From an uncultured Gammaproteobacteria bacterium (GTDB taxonomy: Bacteria; Pseudomonadota; Gammaproteobacteria; Steroidobacterales; UBA11654), in NCBI GenBank assembly GCA_902553145.1, contig CACDKD010000007.1:7726-71725 (forward strand): a stretch of 64,000 nucleotides of DNA, read 5' to 3'. The notes under the pieces are model-generated. The model saw only the letters and a program-made list of their open reading frames with translations, did no database searches and was not told where the DNA came from. A program made the translations under genes and the position numbers. Position 1 is the stretch's first letter, and every line of letters starts with the position of its first letter. Shown in pieces: positions 38,706 through 47,949 of this stretch.

Positions 38706-39896
38706 TTGGATATACACCGTATTAACTCTTCAGAGATACTAAAGCCCCAAGATTGGACTTTTCCGATACCCATTGCATATGGTCCCGGAAGAATCAATGA
38801 GATCAGTGAAATATGCAATTCTTTGAAGATTGATAATCCCTTAATAGTGACAGACAGAAGCAGTCATGATCTTCCATTCATTGGTCGAATCATTGATCTA
38901 TTAAATGAAGGAAGCATAAAATCTGGCGTCTTCACAGAAATTTCCCCAAATCCCAGAGACGATGAAATATCGATTGGTTCCTCTAGTTTTAAATCGGGCA
39001 ATCACGATGCTGTAATTGCCATCGGTGGTGGAAGCGCCATGGATGGTGCCAAAGCGATTTGCTTGACAGCAAACAATGAAATTCCTTTGTGGGATTTTGA
39101 ATGGGAAAAAGAACCGGCAAAGATCGGCAATGATGAACCTTTCCCAAAGTTGATTACTATACCCACAACCGCAGGTACTGGAGCAGAGACAGAGGGGACA
39201 GCAATGGTAACCGATACGGACAAAGGCATGAAATTTTGCATATGTCATCCAGAGTTGAGGCCATCAATTGCAATCTTAGACCCAGAACTCACGCTTGGTT
39301 TACCAAGAACATTGACGGCATGGACAGGTGCGGATGCGATGATTCATGCAATCGAAGGTTACTGTGTGCCTGGATTTCACCCCCTATGCGATGGAGCTGC
39401 TTTGCAAAGCTTGTCGCTTGTTTCAGAAAATCTAACTCTTGCAGTCGATGAGCCCAATAATATTAAAGCCCGGGGAGCCATGTTAGTGGCTTCTTGTTTG
39501 GGTGGAATTGCATTCCTTAAAGGCCTTGGTCTTGTGCATGCAATTTCTCACATGGTCGGCGCTGAATTTGATACGCACCACGGTTTAACAAATGCCATTG
39601 TTTTGCCTGTTGTAACACGATACAACTTTCCAGAATTGGAAGGCAAGGTTCAAAGAATGTCCTCTGCGATGCATTATGAAGACGCTTCCGTCGAAGCGTT
39701 TATTTCAAATTTAGACGAACTGCTTGATCGAATTGAGATACCTAAAAGCTTAGATAAAATTGGCGTCCCGATCGATTGCGTCGACCGAATCTCTGAGAAA
39801 GCCATGAAAGACACTGCATATGCCACAAACCCTAGAATAGCGAGTTTAGAAGAGATGAATCAATTGGTTTACAAAAGCATCAAGCAAGCGAGATAA
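38706..39896 (+). CDS. Iron-containing alcohol dehydrogenase
   Basis: GGGSAMD, PTTAGTGAE, DAMIHAIEG, GLVHAISH and HHG motifs. Confidence 0.92.
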   Translation: MDIHRINSSEILKPQDWTFPIPIAYGPGRINEISEICNSLKIDNPLIVTDRSSHDLPFIGRIIDLLNEGSIKSGVFTEISPNPRDDEISIGSSSFKSGNHDAVIAIGGGSAMDGAKAICLTANNEIPLWDFEWEKEPAKIGNDEPFPKLITIPTTAGTGAETEGTAMVTDTDKGMKFCICHPELRPSIAILDPELTLGLPRTLTAWTGADAMIHAIEGYCVPGFHPLCDGAALQSLSLVSENLTLAVDEPNNIKARGAMLVASCLGGIAFLKGLGLVHAISHMVGAEFDTHHGLTNAIVLPVVTRYNFPELEGKVQRMSSAMHYEDASVEAFISNLDELLDRIEIPKSLDKIGVPIDCVDRISEKAMKDTAYATNPRIASLEEMNQLVYKSIKQAR

Positions 39897-39904
39897 ATAA
39901 GTTA

Positions 39905-41320
39905 ATGATCTCGAAAACATCCCTTCAAGAAACGATACAAAAAACAACGTCGGGAGAAATCTCTCCGATTGATTTGGTTGAATATTCCTACGAGCAAATT
40001 AAAAAACACAATCCTTCGCTGAATGCGATTGTCTCTCTCAAAAAAAAGTCTCTGGTCATCAAAGAGGCCGAGTCTCTTCTTAAAAAGAAAAACAATGAGC
40101 AAATGTTACTTTTCGGGATTCCACTGGCAGTGAAAGATCTATTCGATGTCAAAGACCTCCCGACAACTTTTGGACTTCCCAGATTCAAAAACAACATTGC
40201 AAAGAAGAATTCTATCCTCGTGGACCGTCTCATAAATCAAGGTGCTCTTGTATTGGGTAAAACGAATATCCCGGAATTGGCACTCGGATCTCACACTAAA
40301 AATACATTGTTCGGCGCCACCTCAAATGCCTTTGATGAAGGCATGTCAGCAGGAGGTTCCAGTGGGGGAGCTGCATCGGCTGTCGCATCCTCAATGATCC
40401 CGGTTGCAGACGGATCGGACATGATGGGCTCTTGCAGGAATCCAGCAGCCTTTTCAAATCTCTACGGTTTTCGGCCAACTCCGGGTTTGATACCGGAGAA
40501 TAGGATCATGAGAATAGACGAACAATTCCCTTTGTTAAGTACCCCAGGATGTTTAGCAAAGACGCCGGGGGATATGTGTATATTCCTAGATGCGGTCTGT
40601 GGGAAACATTCAATGGACCCATTTTCTTTTGACATGGATGGATCGTTTAGAGAAGCATCTTTCAGCGAGAATGAGTTCTCAAAGATGAGAATAGGGTGGC
40701 TTCGAGACATGAATGGAAGATATGTGTTTGAAGACGGGATCTTGGATTTGTGTGAAGAAGTGCTGAAACAATTGGCAGATAATTTCCTATTTGTCGATCA
40801 TGTTTCAGATGACATCGATACAAATTTACTTTGGGAAACATGGACAAAATTGAGATCCAGAAACGTTTATCTGTACTTGAGAGAATCAAATCTTCGAGAC
40901 GATGAGAGCTTGTCTCATGGAGCCCAACACGAAATGAATATGGGAAAACAGATCTCCACTGAAGATTTAAGTCGATCAATGAAAATGAGATCTGAGCTGA
41001 TCAAAAACATTGATCGTCTTTTCGGTGAATGTGATTTTTTGGCAATGCCTTCGGCTCAAGTTTTTCCTTTCGATAAAAATACCGATTACCCAAAAAAGAT
41101 TTCTGGAAAAGAGATGCAGACCTATCATCAATGGATGGAGGTGACCGTCCTTTCAAGTTTACTCGGACTGCCGACCATTTCGATCCCTGTTGGATTCAAT
41201 GAAAATAATTTACCGATGGGCATACAAATCATAGGCAGAAAGAAAGAAGACTTAAGGGTGATATCCTTTGCAAAAAGATACGAACAAATCTTTGGTTACT
41301 CAAATGTTACACCTACTTAA
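39905..41320 (+). CDS. Amidase-signature family amidase
   Basis: GIPLAVKD, GKTN, GGSSGG and GSDMMGSCRNPA motifs (Lys-Ser-Ser triad). Confidence 0.92.
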   Translation: MISKTSLQETIQKTTSGEISPIDLVEYSYEQIKKHNPSLNAIVSLKKKSLVIKEAESLLKKKNNEQMLLFGIPLAVKDLFDVKDLPTTFGLPRFKNNIAKKNSILVDRLINQGALVLGKTNIPELALGSHTKNTLFGATSNAFDEGMSAGGSSGGAASAVASSMIPVADGSDMMGSCRNPAAFSNLYGFRPTPGLIPENRIMRIDEQFPLLSTPGCLAKTPGDMCIFLDAVCGKHSMDPFSFDMDGSFREASFSENEFSKMRIGWLRDMNGRYVFEDGILDLCEEVLKQLADNFLFVDHVSDDIDTNLLWETWTKLRSRNVYLYLRESNLRDDESLSHGAQHEMNMGKQISTEDLSRSMKMRSELIKNIDRLFGECDFLAMPSAQVFPFDKNTDYPKKISGKEMQTYHQWMEVTVLSSLLGLPTISIPVGFNENNLPMGIQIIGRKKEDLRVISFAKRYEQIFGYSNVTPT

Positions 41321-42773
41321 AAAAGCAAAAACCCATGCAAAGAGAATCGCCATCCAAAGTGATGGAAAAGAATTCACTTATGGATATCTCGATGAACGTT
41401 CCGATGAAATTGCATCGTTCTTGCTTGGCAATGAATCCGACTTAAATGAAGAGAGAATAGGGCTTCTCGTGCGTCCGGATATCCATTATGTTGTGGCTCT
41501 CTGGGGGATATGGAAATCGGGAGCAATCGCAGTTCCACTAAGCCTTTCAGCAAAAGAGTCGGAGCTTGATCACTATATCTCTGACTCGAATATATCGCTG
41601 ATTATTTCATCCAATAATTGTGAAGAGCAGAAAAACATCACTCAAAAAAATAGCATTGATATTGAGAATATCGAAAACATCAATGCAACAGAATGCATGT
41701 TGCTGCCAACCTTGAGCAACGATCGAAAAGCAATGATCATATACACCAGTGGGACCACCAATAAGCCCAAAGGCGTCATGACGACACACGGAAACATCGA
41801 AGCACAAATCACCGCATTGGTTGAAGCCTGGAAATGGACAAAAGACGATCACATTCCACTCATACTGCCATTGCATCATATTCATGGAATCATTAATTCA
41901 CTTTGCTGTCCGCTATATGTTGGAGCAAAAGTAAGCATGCTTGGAGGGTTCAATCTTGATAAAGTATGCAAAGAAATTTCGCAGTCAGACTACACTGTAT
42001 TCACTGCCGTCCCGACAATTTATTTTTCTTTAATTGAGAAATTAGAAGAAACAAATGATGAAGAAATATTCAATGGTTTTAAAAGACTAAGGCTGATGAT
42101 GTCTGGATCAGCAGCATTAGCGCCTGAAATTCACAAGAAATGGGAGAAATTAACTAGTCAAAAGATCTTGGAGAGATATGGAATGACTGAAGTGGGCATG
42201 GCTCTATCAAATAAGATCGATGGTGAAAGACGGCCTGGAGCTGTGGGAGAACCTCTGCCGAATGTTGAAATCAAACTTGAGGATGAAAATGGAAATGAAA
42301 TCATGGAAGAGGGCGAAATAGGACAAATACTCTTAAAGGGTCCACAAGTATTTATGGGGTATCAGAATTTGCCAGAAAAAACCCAAGCATCTTTCAAAGA
42401 TGGATGGTTTTTAACGGGTGATGTTGCGGTCATGGAAAATGGCTATTACAGATTATTAGGAAGAGATTCTATTGATATTATCAAAAGCGGTGGCTATAAA
42501 ATATCTGCTCTAGAGATAGAAGATGTCCTTTTAAAGCATAAAAACGTAAAAGAATGTGCTGTAGTTGGGAAAGATGACAATAAATGGGGTGAAATAGTCG
42601 TTGCAGCAATAATTCCTAAGAATAAGACAATTTCAGAGGAAGAAGTGCAAAATTGGTGCTCAAAGTACCTATCAGACTATAAAATACCAAGAATTATTAA
42701 GTTTTTAGATAGATTACCTAAGAATTCAATGGGTAAAGTTACAAAAAAAGAGTTAAAGAACATATTTAGCTAG
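41304..42773 (+). CDS. Acyl-CoA synthetase, malonyl-CoA synthetase (MatB/ACSF3)-like
   Basis: YTSGTTNKPKG, LPLHHIHG, SGSAAL, ERYGMTE and PKNSMGK motifs; start set at ATG 41304. Confidence 0.85.
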   Translation: MLHLLKKAKTHAKRIAIQSDGKEFTYGYLDERSDEIASFLLGNESDLNEERIGLLVRPDIHYVVALWGIWKSGAIAVPLSLSAKESELDHYISDSNISLIISSNNCEEQKNITQKNSIDIENIENINATECMLLPTLSNDRKAMIIYTSGTTNKPKGVMTTHGNIEAQITALVEAWKWTKDDHIPLILPLHHIHGIINSLCCPLYVGAKVSMLGGFNLDKVCKEISQSDYTVFTAVPTIYFSLIEKLEETNDEEIFNGFKRLRLMMSGSAALAPEIHKKWEKLTSQKILERYGMTEVGMALSNKIDGERRPGAVGEPLPNVEIKLEDENGNEIMEEGEIGQILLKGPQVFMGYQNLPEKTQASFKDGWFLTGDVAVMENGYYRLLGRDSIDIIKSGGYKISALEIEDVLLKHKNVKECAVVGKDDNKWGEIVVAAIIPKNKTISEEEVQNWCSKYLSDYKIPRIIKFLDRLPKNSMGKVTKKELKNIFS

Positions 42774-42858
42774 CCCCTAATTACCCTATAAATACTCATA
42801 AAACCAATACTTTTAATAGAATAATGTGCTTATTTAAGCCCTATTTTAGGTATATATA

Positions 42859-42886
42859 TATGCGTATAATATATATTATGTAAAGT
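42859..42886. other. dif site (XerC/XerD chromosome dimer resolution site)
   Basis: TATGCGTATAA-TATATA-TTATGTAAAGT versus E. coli GGTGCGCATAA-TGTATA-TTATGTTAAAT. Lies in an AT-rich intergenic gap where gene strand bias flips. Confidence 0.85.
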
Positions 42887-42959
42887 TTATATATAATTTT
42901 ATAATACAATATATATTATATATATCAGTTATTTATGTGATTTTTATAATGTATATTAT
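42865..42959. repeat. Three 15-bp dif-core-like repeats at 40-bp period
   Basis: TATAATATATATTAT (42865), TACAATATATATTAT (42905), TATAATGTATATTAT (42945). Confidence 0.55.
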
Positions 42960-43223
42960 TTTTTTTATTAAAAATTGACTAAAAAAATAAATATTTTTGA
43001 AATAAATAATTTTCTGACCTTAAATAAATTTACGAATTACACAGGTTTAGAAAAAATTCTAAAAATAGCTCACTAAAATATATTGATATCATGTGATCTC
43101 TATCAAATATGTGTAAATTACTATTGAAATCATCATTTCTGGCTGGAAACAACCATCAAATGCTCTTTTATTGATAATTAGTGCTTTTTTATTGTCTTAT
43201 ATAGAAAAAAGCTTTAATTTTGA

Positions 43224-44033
43224 CTAAATACCGTACCTTGATAGTACATCTCTACTCTGTCTGAGTATTTTTGCCTTAAAAAACCTTAAAAGTATCTTTT
43301 GAAAAGGCATCCATGCAATTCTGATACCACTTTTGTTATTTTTGAGTATTTCTGAGACTATCCATGGTGCAACCGTCTCTACATGATCACAAATTATGTT
43401 CGCCATTGGTCGTGCTTTTTCCCACTCATCATGGCTTAATTTCTTCTGCTCATTGAGCCAGTTTTCTGTAATTAATACTCCAGGACTTATGCTTGCAATT
43501 GTAACTCCAGTGTTTTTATTTTCTTCGACTAGATACTTGGTTAATATATTGATGCTTGCTTTTGTAGAGCTATATATACCCATACCTGGAGTAAGAAACT
43601 TACCGTCATAACTTCCTCCTAGCATGTTATATAAACTACCTTGACCTTGACTTCTGAATCCATTTACCGCTACTTGAGACCCAAAAACGGTTCCTAATGA
43701 ATTTGTACTTATCATCGACGATACCAAGTCTTGAGGGACCTTATGAACTTTGTTGTAGCTTGATGCAAAACCTGCATTATTGATCCAATAATCTATTGTT
43801 CCAAACTCAGATTTAGCCAATTGCCAGAGCGCTTCGAGTTCACGTTTTTTTGATATATCGCATGCCTGGCCAATTACGCTGCCTTCATAGCTGCTATTCA
43901 TCTGTTCTGAGACATTAATTATGTCATCTTCACTTCTGCTGGATATGACTACGTTATGCCCTAAACGTGCGAATTCATTGGCAAGTCCCCTACCAATTCC
44001 TTTCGTGCTGCCAGTAATTACAACTGTTGCCAT
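43224..44033 (-). CDS. Short-chain dehydrogenase/reductase (resembles chlorophyll b reductase NOL/NYC1 subfamily)
   Basis: TGSTKGIG, WINNAG, YSSTK and SPG motifs. Confidence 0.85.
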   Translation of the reverse strand: MATVVITGSTKGIGRGLANEFARLGHNVVISSRSEDDIINVSEQMNSSYEGSVIGQACDISKKRELEALWQLAKSEFGTIDYWINNAGFASSYNKVHKVPQDLVSSMISTNSLGTVFGSQVAVNGFRSQGQGSLYNMLGGSYDGKFLTPGMGIYSSTKASINILTKYLVEENKNTGVTIASISPGVLITENWLNEQKKLSHDEWEKARPMANIICDHVETVAPWIVSEILKNNKSGIRIAWMPFQKILLRFFKAKILRQSRDVLSRYGI

Positions 44034-44102
44034 AAAATACCTTTGAGAGTAAAAATAATTCCAACAATATAGATACTAAAGTAGATTATACTTTATTGAT
44101 AT

Positions 44103-45044
44103 ATGGAATATAGAAATCTTAAAAATACTGACTTGAAACTTCCTATCATCACTTTAGGTGCCCTGAATTTTGGGTTCTTTTGTGATGAAGATGGAAGCAT
44201 CAATACTATAAAAGCTGCCATTGATAATGGCGTCAATTGCATTGATACTGCACCAACATATGGAGGCATGAAAGGAAAATCTGAGGTCATTACTGGCAAG
44301 GCCATTAAAGGAATAAGAGATAAGGTAATTCTAGCAACAAAATTTGGTACAGACCCAGCAACTGGAAGAAATTCAATTAAGGGAGGCGGGACTAAAAAAT
44401 ACATAGTTGAAGCTGTTGAAAACAGTCTGAAATCTTTGGATACAGATTACATAGATTTGTATCAAATGCATTTTCCGGATGCAGAAACACCCATTGAAGA
44501 AACCTTGAGAACACTTGAAGATCTCATACAAAGCGGAAAGGTGAGATACATTGGTGCATCAAACTTCAACGCCGATCAAATGAGTGACAGTGTGAATGTT
44601 TCGATTGAAAATAGCTTCAATCAATTTGTTTCAATTCAATCGAGATACAGCATGCTAACAAGATATATGGAAGAAGATTTACTTCCAGTTTGTGAAGAGA
44701 GCAATGTCTCTATTCTCCCCTACTTTCCCTTAGAAAGTGGATTTCTAACAGGCAAGGTAAAAAGAGGAATGGATCCAGAAAAAGGAACGAGATTGGCGCT
44801 GTGGAAAGGTGCATTCACCTCTGATGAATGGTTTAATCTGATCGATGAAGTTGAGAAATTTGGAAAGGAAATAAATAGATCATTATTGGAAATCTCTCTT
44901 GCATGGGTTGCAAAAAGAAAGATGGTTGCATCGGTTTTGGTAGGTGCAACATCAGCCGAACAAATGATTCAAAATATAGAAGCAATATCTTGGACGATGT
45001 CAGACGAAGAGATGGAAAAGATAGATCAAATTATCTTAGGCTAG
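44103..45044 (+). CDS. Aldo/keto reductase
   Basis: IDTAPTYG, LATKFG, DYIDLYQMH and GKVRYIGASN motifs. Confidence 0.93.
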   Translation: MEYRNLKNTDLKLPIITLGALNFGFFCDEDGSINTIKAAIDNGVNCIDTAPTYGGMKGKSEVITGKAIKGIRDKVILATKFGTDPATGRNSIKGGGTKKYIVEAVENSLKSLDTDYIDLYQMHFPDAETPIEETLRTLEDLIQSGKVRYIGASNFNADQMSDSVNVSIENSFNQFVSIQSRYSMLTRYMEEDLLPVCEESNVSILPYFPLESGFLTGKVKRGMDPEKGTRLALWKGAFTSDEWFNLIDEVEKFGKEINRSLLEISLAWVAKRKMVASVLVGATSAEQMIQNIEAISWTMSDEEMEKIDQIILG

Positions 45045-45045
45045 A

Positions 45046-45642
45046 TCAGCTGGAAAGAAATTTAAACATTCTATCAGAATCAAAAACTTGAACTTTGACG
45101 TCATCTCCTTCGTTAATCTCACCTGCAACATCGACAATACCAACAAGCCCCCTCAACTTCTTTGCTGCTTTAAGAAAGTCTAATTTCCCTGGATAATCAC
45201 CAGATTTGGTTTTCTGAGTCTTTGAAATCTCTTCAGACATATCATGACAAGGCGGATTATACTCTTCGACAATCAGAGTGGCTCCAGATGGGAAGGTTAG
45301 TTTTGATCCTTTGGGTAATTGAGAGAGATCAGGTATTCCTTTGAAACAAAGATTGGCGCCTAAAACTCTTGCCGTCAAATGTTCTGCTAGATCCATTGTC
45401 TCTGTGATCATTTGAAGCTCCTCTATGGAGACAGCGGACCACTGTCGATTGTTCCTTCTAATGGTGCCTGGAGGATATGCTTCGCCCTCGTAAATTCCTC
45501 TCATGTAACTTCTGTGTTTATCCCCAACAAAACCATCCAATTCAACTTGTGCCGTTCCAATAGAATCTTTTATAAATTCAATGGTTTTGCCAACATGCAC
45601 TGAAACAAGTTTTGCATCAAATGTCTTTGAAAATTCACTCAT
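45046..45642 (-). CDS. MOSC-domain protein
   Basis: GFVGDKH, RQWS, LGANL, NPPC (conserved Cys) and GEINEGD motifs; start set at ATG 45642. Confidence 0.8.
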   Translation of the reverse strand: MSEFSKTFDAKLVSVHVGKTIEFIKDSIGTAQVELDGFVGDKHRSYMRGIYEGEAYPPGTIRRNNRQWSAVSIEELQMITETMDLAEHLTARVLGANLCFKGIPDLSQLPKGSKLTFPSGATLIVEEYNPPCHDMSEEISKTQKTKSGDYPGKLDFLKAAKKLRGLVGIVDVAGEINEGDDVKVQVFDSDRMFKFLSS

Positions 45643-46018
45643 TAATAATCTCCACACTATATCCAGCTTCACTCCAAGCCAGCATGTCTCCATCAATATC
45701 AATTATGTCATCAAATCCAAGACTCTCAAGCAACTGAATGACCTTGCCTGCTCTTACGCCGCTTCTGCAGAAAACAACGATTTGATTGTCTTTGTATTCA
45801 GCCAGCAATTCTGGGGTTTCGAGAATCTTTTCATGGGATATATTGATAGCGTTCTTAATATGCCCACTGTCGTATTCAGATTGAGTTCTTACATCGAGAA
45901 GCACAAGGTCACGTTCAGTATCACTGATGCTATCTTTGAGCTCGTTAACGGTCCAGAGTTCTGTAGACAAAGAATTGAGACTTAATGATAGCGTCAATAC
46001 TAGGAAGAGTCTTTTCAT
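45635..46018 (-). CDS. Exported single-domain rhodanese
   Basis: Signal peptide MKRLFLVLTLSLSL; LDVRT.SEY.SGHI, FCRSGVRA and GDMLAW motifs. Confidence 0.88.
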   Translation of the reverse strand: MKRLFLVLTLSLSLNSLSTELWTVNELKDSISDTERDLVLLDVRTQSEYDSGHIKNAINISHEKILETPELLAEYKDNQIVVFCRSGVRAGKVIQLLESLGFDDIIDIDGDMLAWSEAGYSVEIINE

Positions 46019-46065
46019 TACTTTATTGGGGGCAATCAGGATAATGGAAATGCATCCTGTGCATT

Positions 46066-46404
46066 TCATCTTTTATTCCAATTTTCCAAGAAGTAAGGTG
46101 AGAAAAGAAATGCTGGAAAGAAAACGATTAGCTCGAGATAAAATGTTTTAACAAAATCCAAAGGCCCTTTGAAACCATCAAACTGTTCTGGCTCAAACTG
46201 ATGGCCAATTGCTTGAAGTGCGATTGCTAAAAACAATAAAGAAAACCCCATAAGAATTTGAGAAATATCTATAAAACTAAACAGCCCGATCAGCATCAGA
46301 ACATTGCCAGCTATAAACATGATTGAGCCGACTATATGGATGATTAAATTCAGTCTATTTTGATGTAATCGTTGATAGTATCTGTATTCTTTTTCACTGA
46401 TCAT
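46066..46404 (-). CDS. DUF962/Mpo1-like membrane protein
   Basis: YQRLHQNRLNLIIHIVG and QAIGHQFE three-His pattern. Confidence 0.75.
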   Translation of the reverse strand: MISEKEYRYYQRLHQNRLNLIIHIVGSIMFIAGNVLMLIGLFSFIDISQILMGFSLLFLAIALQAIGHQFEPEQFDGFKGPLDFVKTFYLELIVFFPAFLFSPYFLENWNKR

Positions 46405-47062
46405 CTAGTATTGCAATCCCCTCTTCCATTCTATTTAGTTGTTCGAGCTGTGCAGAAATCGAATTTTGTATTTCCAATGATACCTCAGGATTATTAATGA
46501 GTCCTGACCATCTTTCAATCGTGAGCTCAGTGTCTCCTTTTCCCATTGCAATGAGTCCAGAGAGCCAAAGAATTTGTGTATTTTCAGGATTCATTATCAG
46601 GGTTTCTTCTATTAATTCATCTAAGTCATATGGAAAATCAGCGGGTCGCACCATCAGTGTCGATTCAATCAAACCAAGACTGATTTCAAAATCGCGATCC
46701 TCCCCTTGAATCCGATACCCGCTTAGAAACTTCTCATAAGCCAATTCAAATCTTCCTGACTTTATGTAGTGCGATCCAAGTGCTTTAATTACCCTGATAT
46801 CATCTGGATTCTCAAGAAGAAATCCTTCAAGCTTCTCTACCGAATCAATCATTTCTTCATTCGCTGCTACTTGGCTTTCTGTGTAATTGGATACAGCTTC
46901 ATAATTGAAGTATAAAAAAATTGAAATGATTGCAAATGCAATGACTAAGGCAGCGCTCTTTTGAGAATTAGATTGGAGAACAGGTGAGATGGTATTCAAA
47001 GAGTAAAGCAAACCTAGGCATGCCAAAAATACAAAAAAAATAAATACGGGTTGATCGAACAT
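46394..47062 (-). CDS. ccmI: Cytochrome c maturation TPR protein (CcmI/CycH-like)
   Basis: Two N-terminal TMs, NPDD and NPENTQILWLSGL TPR-like repeats; follows ccmH. Confidence 0.65.
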   Translation of the reverse strand: MFDQPVFIFFVFLACLGLLYSLNTISPVLQSNSQKSAALVIAFAIISIFLYFNYEAVSNYTESQVAANEEMIDSVEKLEGFLLENPDDIRVIKALGSHYIKSGRFELAYEKFLSGYRIQGEDRDFEISLGLIESTLMVRPADFPYDLDELIEETLIMNPENTQILWLSGLIAMGKGDTELTIERWSGLINNPEVSLEIQNSISAQLEQLNRMEEGIAILDDQ

Positions 47063-47428
47063 TTAATTTCCTATTTTTTTGAACCATCCATAGAACAACA
47101 TCAACAATATTATTGGTGCAAACCATAGGAAAAATGTTTTTTGAGAAAAAGCTGGCTCATACAATATGAACTCGCCGTAACGATCGAAAAGATATTTTTT
47201 AATTTCACTGTCAGACTTTCCATCTTGAATTTGAAGTTTGATTTCACGTCGAAGGTCTTTTGCCAGTTCGGCATTTGATTCTGCAACCGATTGGTTTTGA
47301 CATACTAGGCATCGAACCTCTTGAATGAGCGACTGATACCTCATCTGATCTTTTGTTTTAAGGTCATCGGCTTCAACACCTGAAAAACAGAGCAAGATAA
47401 ATAAAAAAAATACGTTATTTCTAATCAA
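47063..47428 (-). CDS. ccmH: Cytochrome c maturation protein CcmH
   Basis: VRCLVCQNQSVAESNAELA and RYGEFILYEP motifs. Confidence 0.93.
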   Translation of the reverse strand: MIRNNVFFLFILLCFSGVEADDLKTKDQMRYQSLIQEVRCLVCQNQSVAESNAELAKDLRREIKLQIQDGKSDSEIKKYLFDRYGEFILYEPAFSQKTFFLWFAPIILLMLFYGWFKKIGN

Positions 47429-47949
47429 TTCAATTCTCCAATTATAGGGAGAAAAACTTTTTCAAATATTTCCCTATCTAATGGGCCAATATGTTTCAAA
47501 TGAATAATGCCATTGGAGTCTATGAGAAATGTTTCTGGCGCTCCATAAACACCAAAATCGATTGCTGTCTTACCTTCTGGATCTTTCAATACAACAGAGT
47601 AAGGATCGCCCAATTGGTTTAACCACAATCTTGCAAGTTGATCATCATCTTTCCAATTCAATCCTATAATTGGTATATCAACACTTTCATCCTGACTCAA
47701 CTCAACAAGAAACTCATGTTCGATCTCACAGCCCACACACCATGTTGCCCATACATTTATCAGGGACACCTCACCGATTATTTCTATATTGCTGTGTATT
47801 TCCTGAGTGATCAGATTTTCCAGACTGAATTCGGGGATTGGTTTCCCAATAAGCGGGGATGGAAGCTCTGACTCAGATTCATATAGACTGAGGGCTAGAA
47901 AACCCATCAATAGAAAGAACAAAACGAGAGGAAGTAAACGTCTGGTCAT
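47425..47949 (-). CDS. ccmG: Thiol:disulfide interchange protein CcmG/DsbE
   Basis: LPSPLIGKP, NVWATWCVGC and GVYGAPETF motifs; start at ATG 47949 after GGAGG. Confidence 0.93.
   Translation of the reverse strand: MTRRLLPLVLFFLLMGFLALSLYESESELPSPLIGKPIPEFSLENLITQEIHSNIEIIGEVSLINVWATWCVGCEIEHEFLVELSQDESVDIPIIGLNWKDDDQLARLWLNQLGDPYSVVLKDPEGKTAIDFGVYGAPETFLIDSNGIIHLKHIGPLDREIFEKVFLPIIGELN

Noticed and set aside
659-41320. Apparent nylon-oligomer pathway (CapAB-like, NylA-like amidase, NylB-like hydrolase)
   Set aside because: All three are large promiscuous families, the genes are dispersed over 40 kb, and nothing in the sequence specifies the substrate.
42774-43223. AT-rich region as replication origin or CRISPR array
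   Set aside because: No TTATCCACA DnaA-box cluster seen, genes converge rather than diverge, the repeats are short and degenerate, and there are no cas genes.
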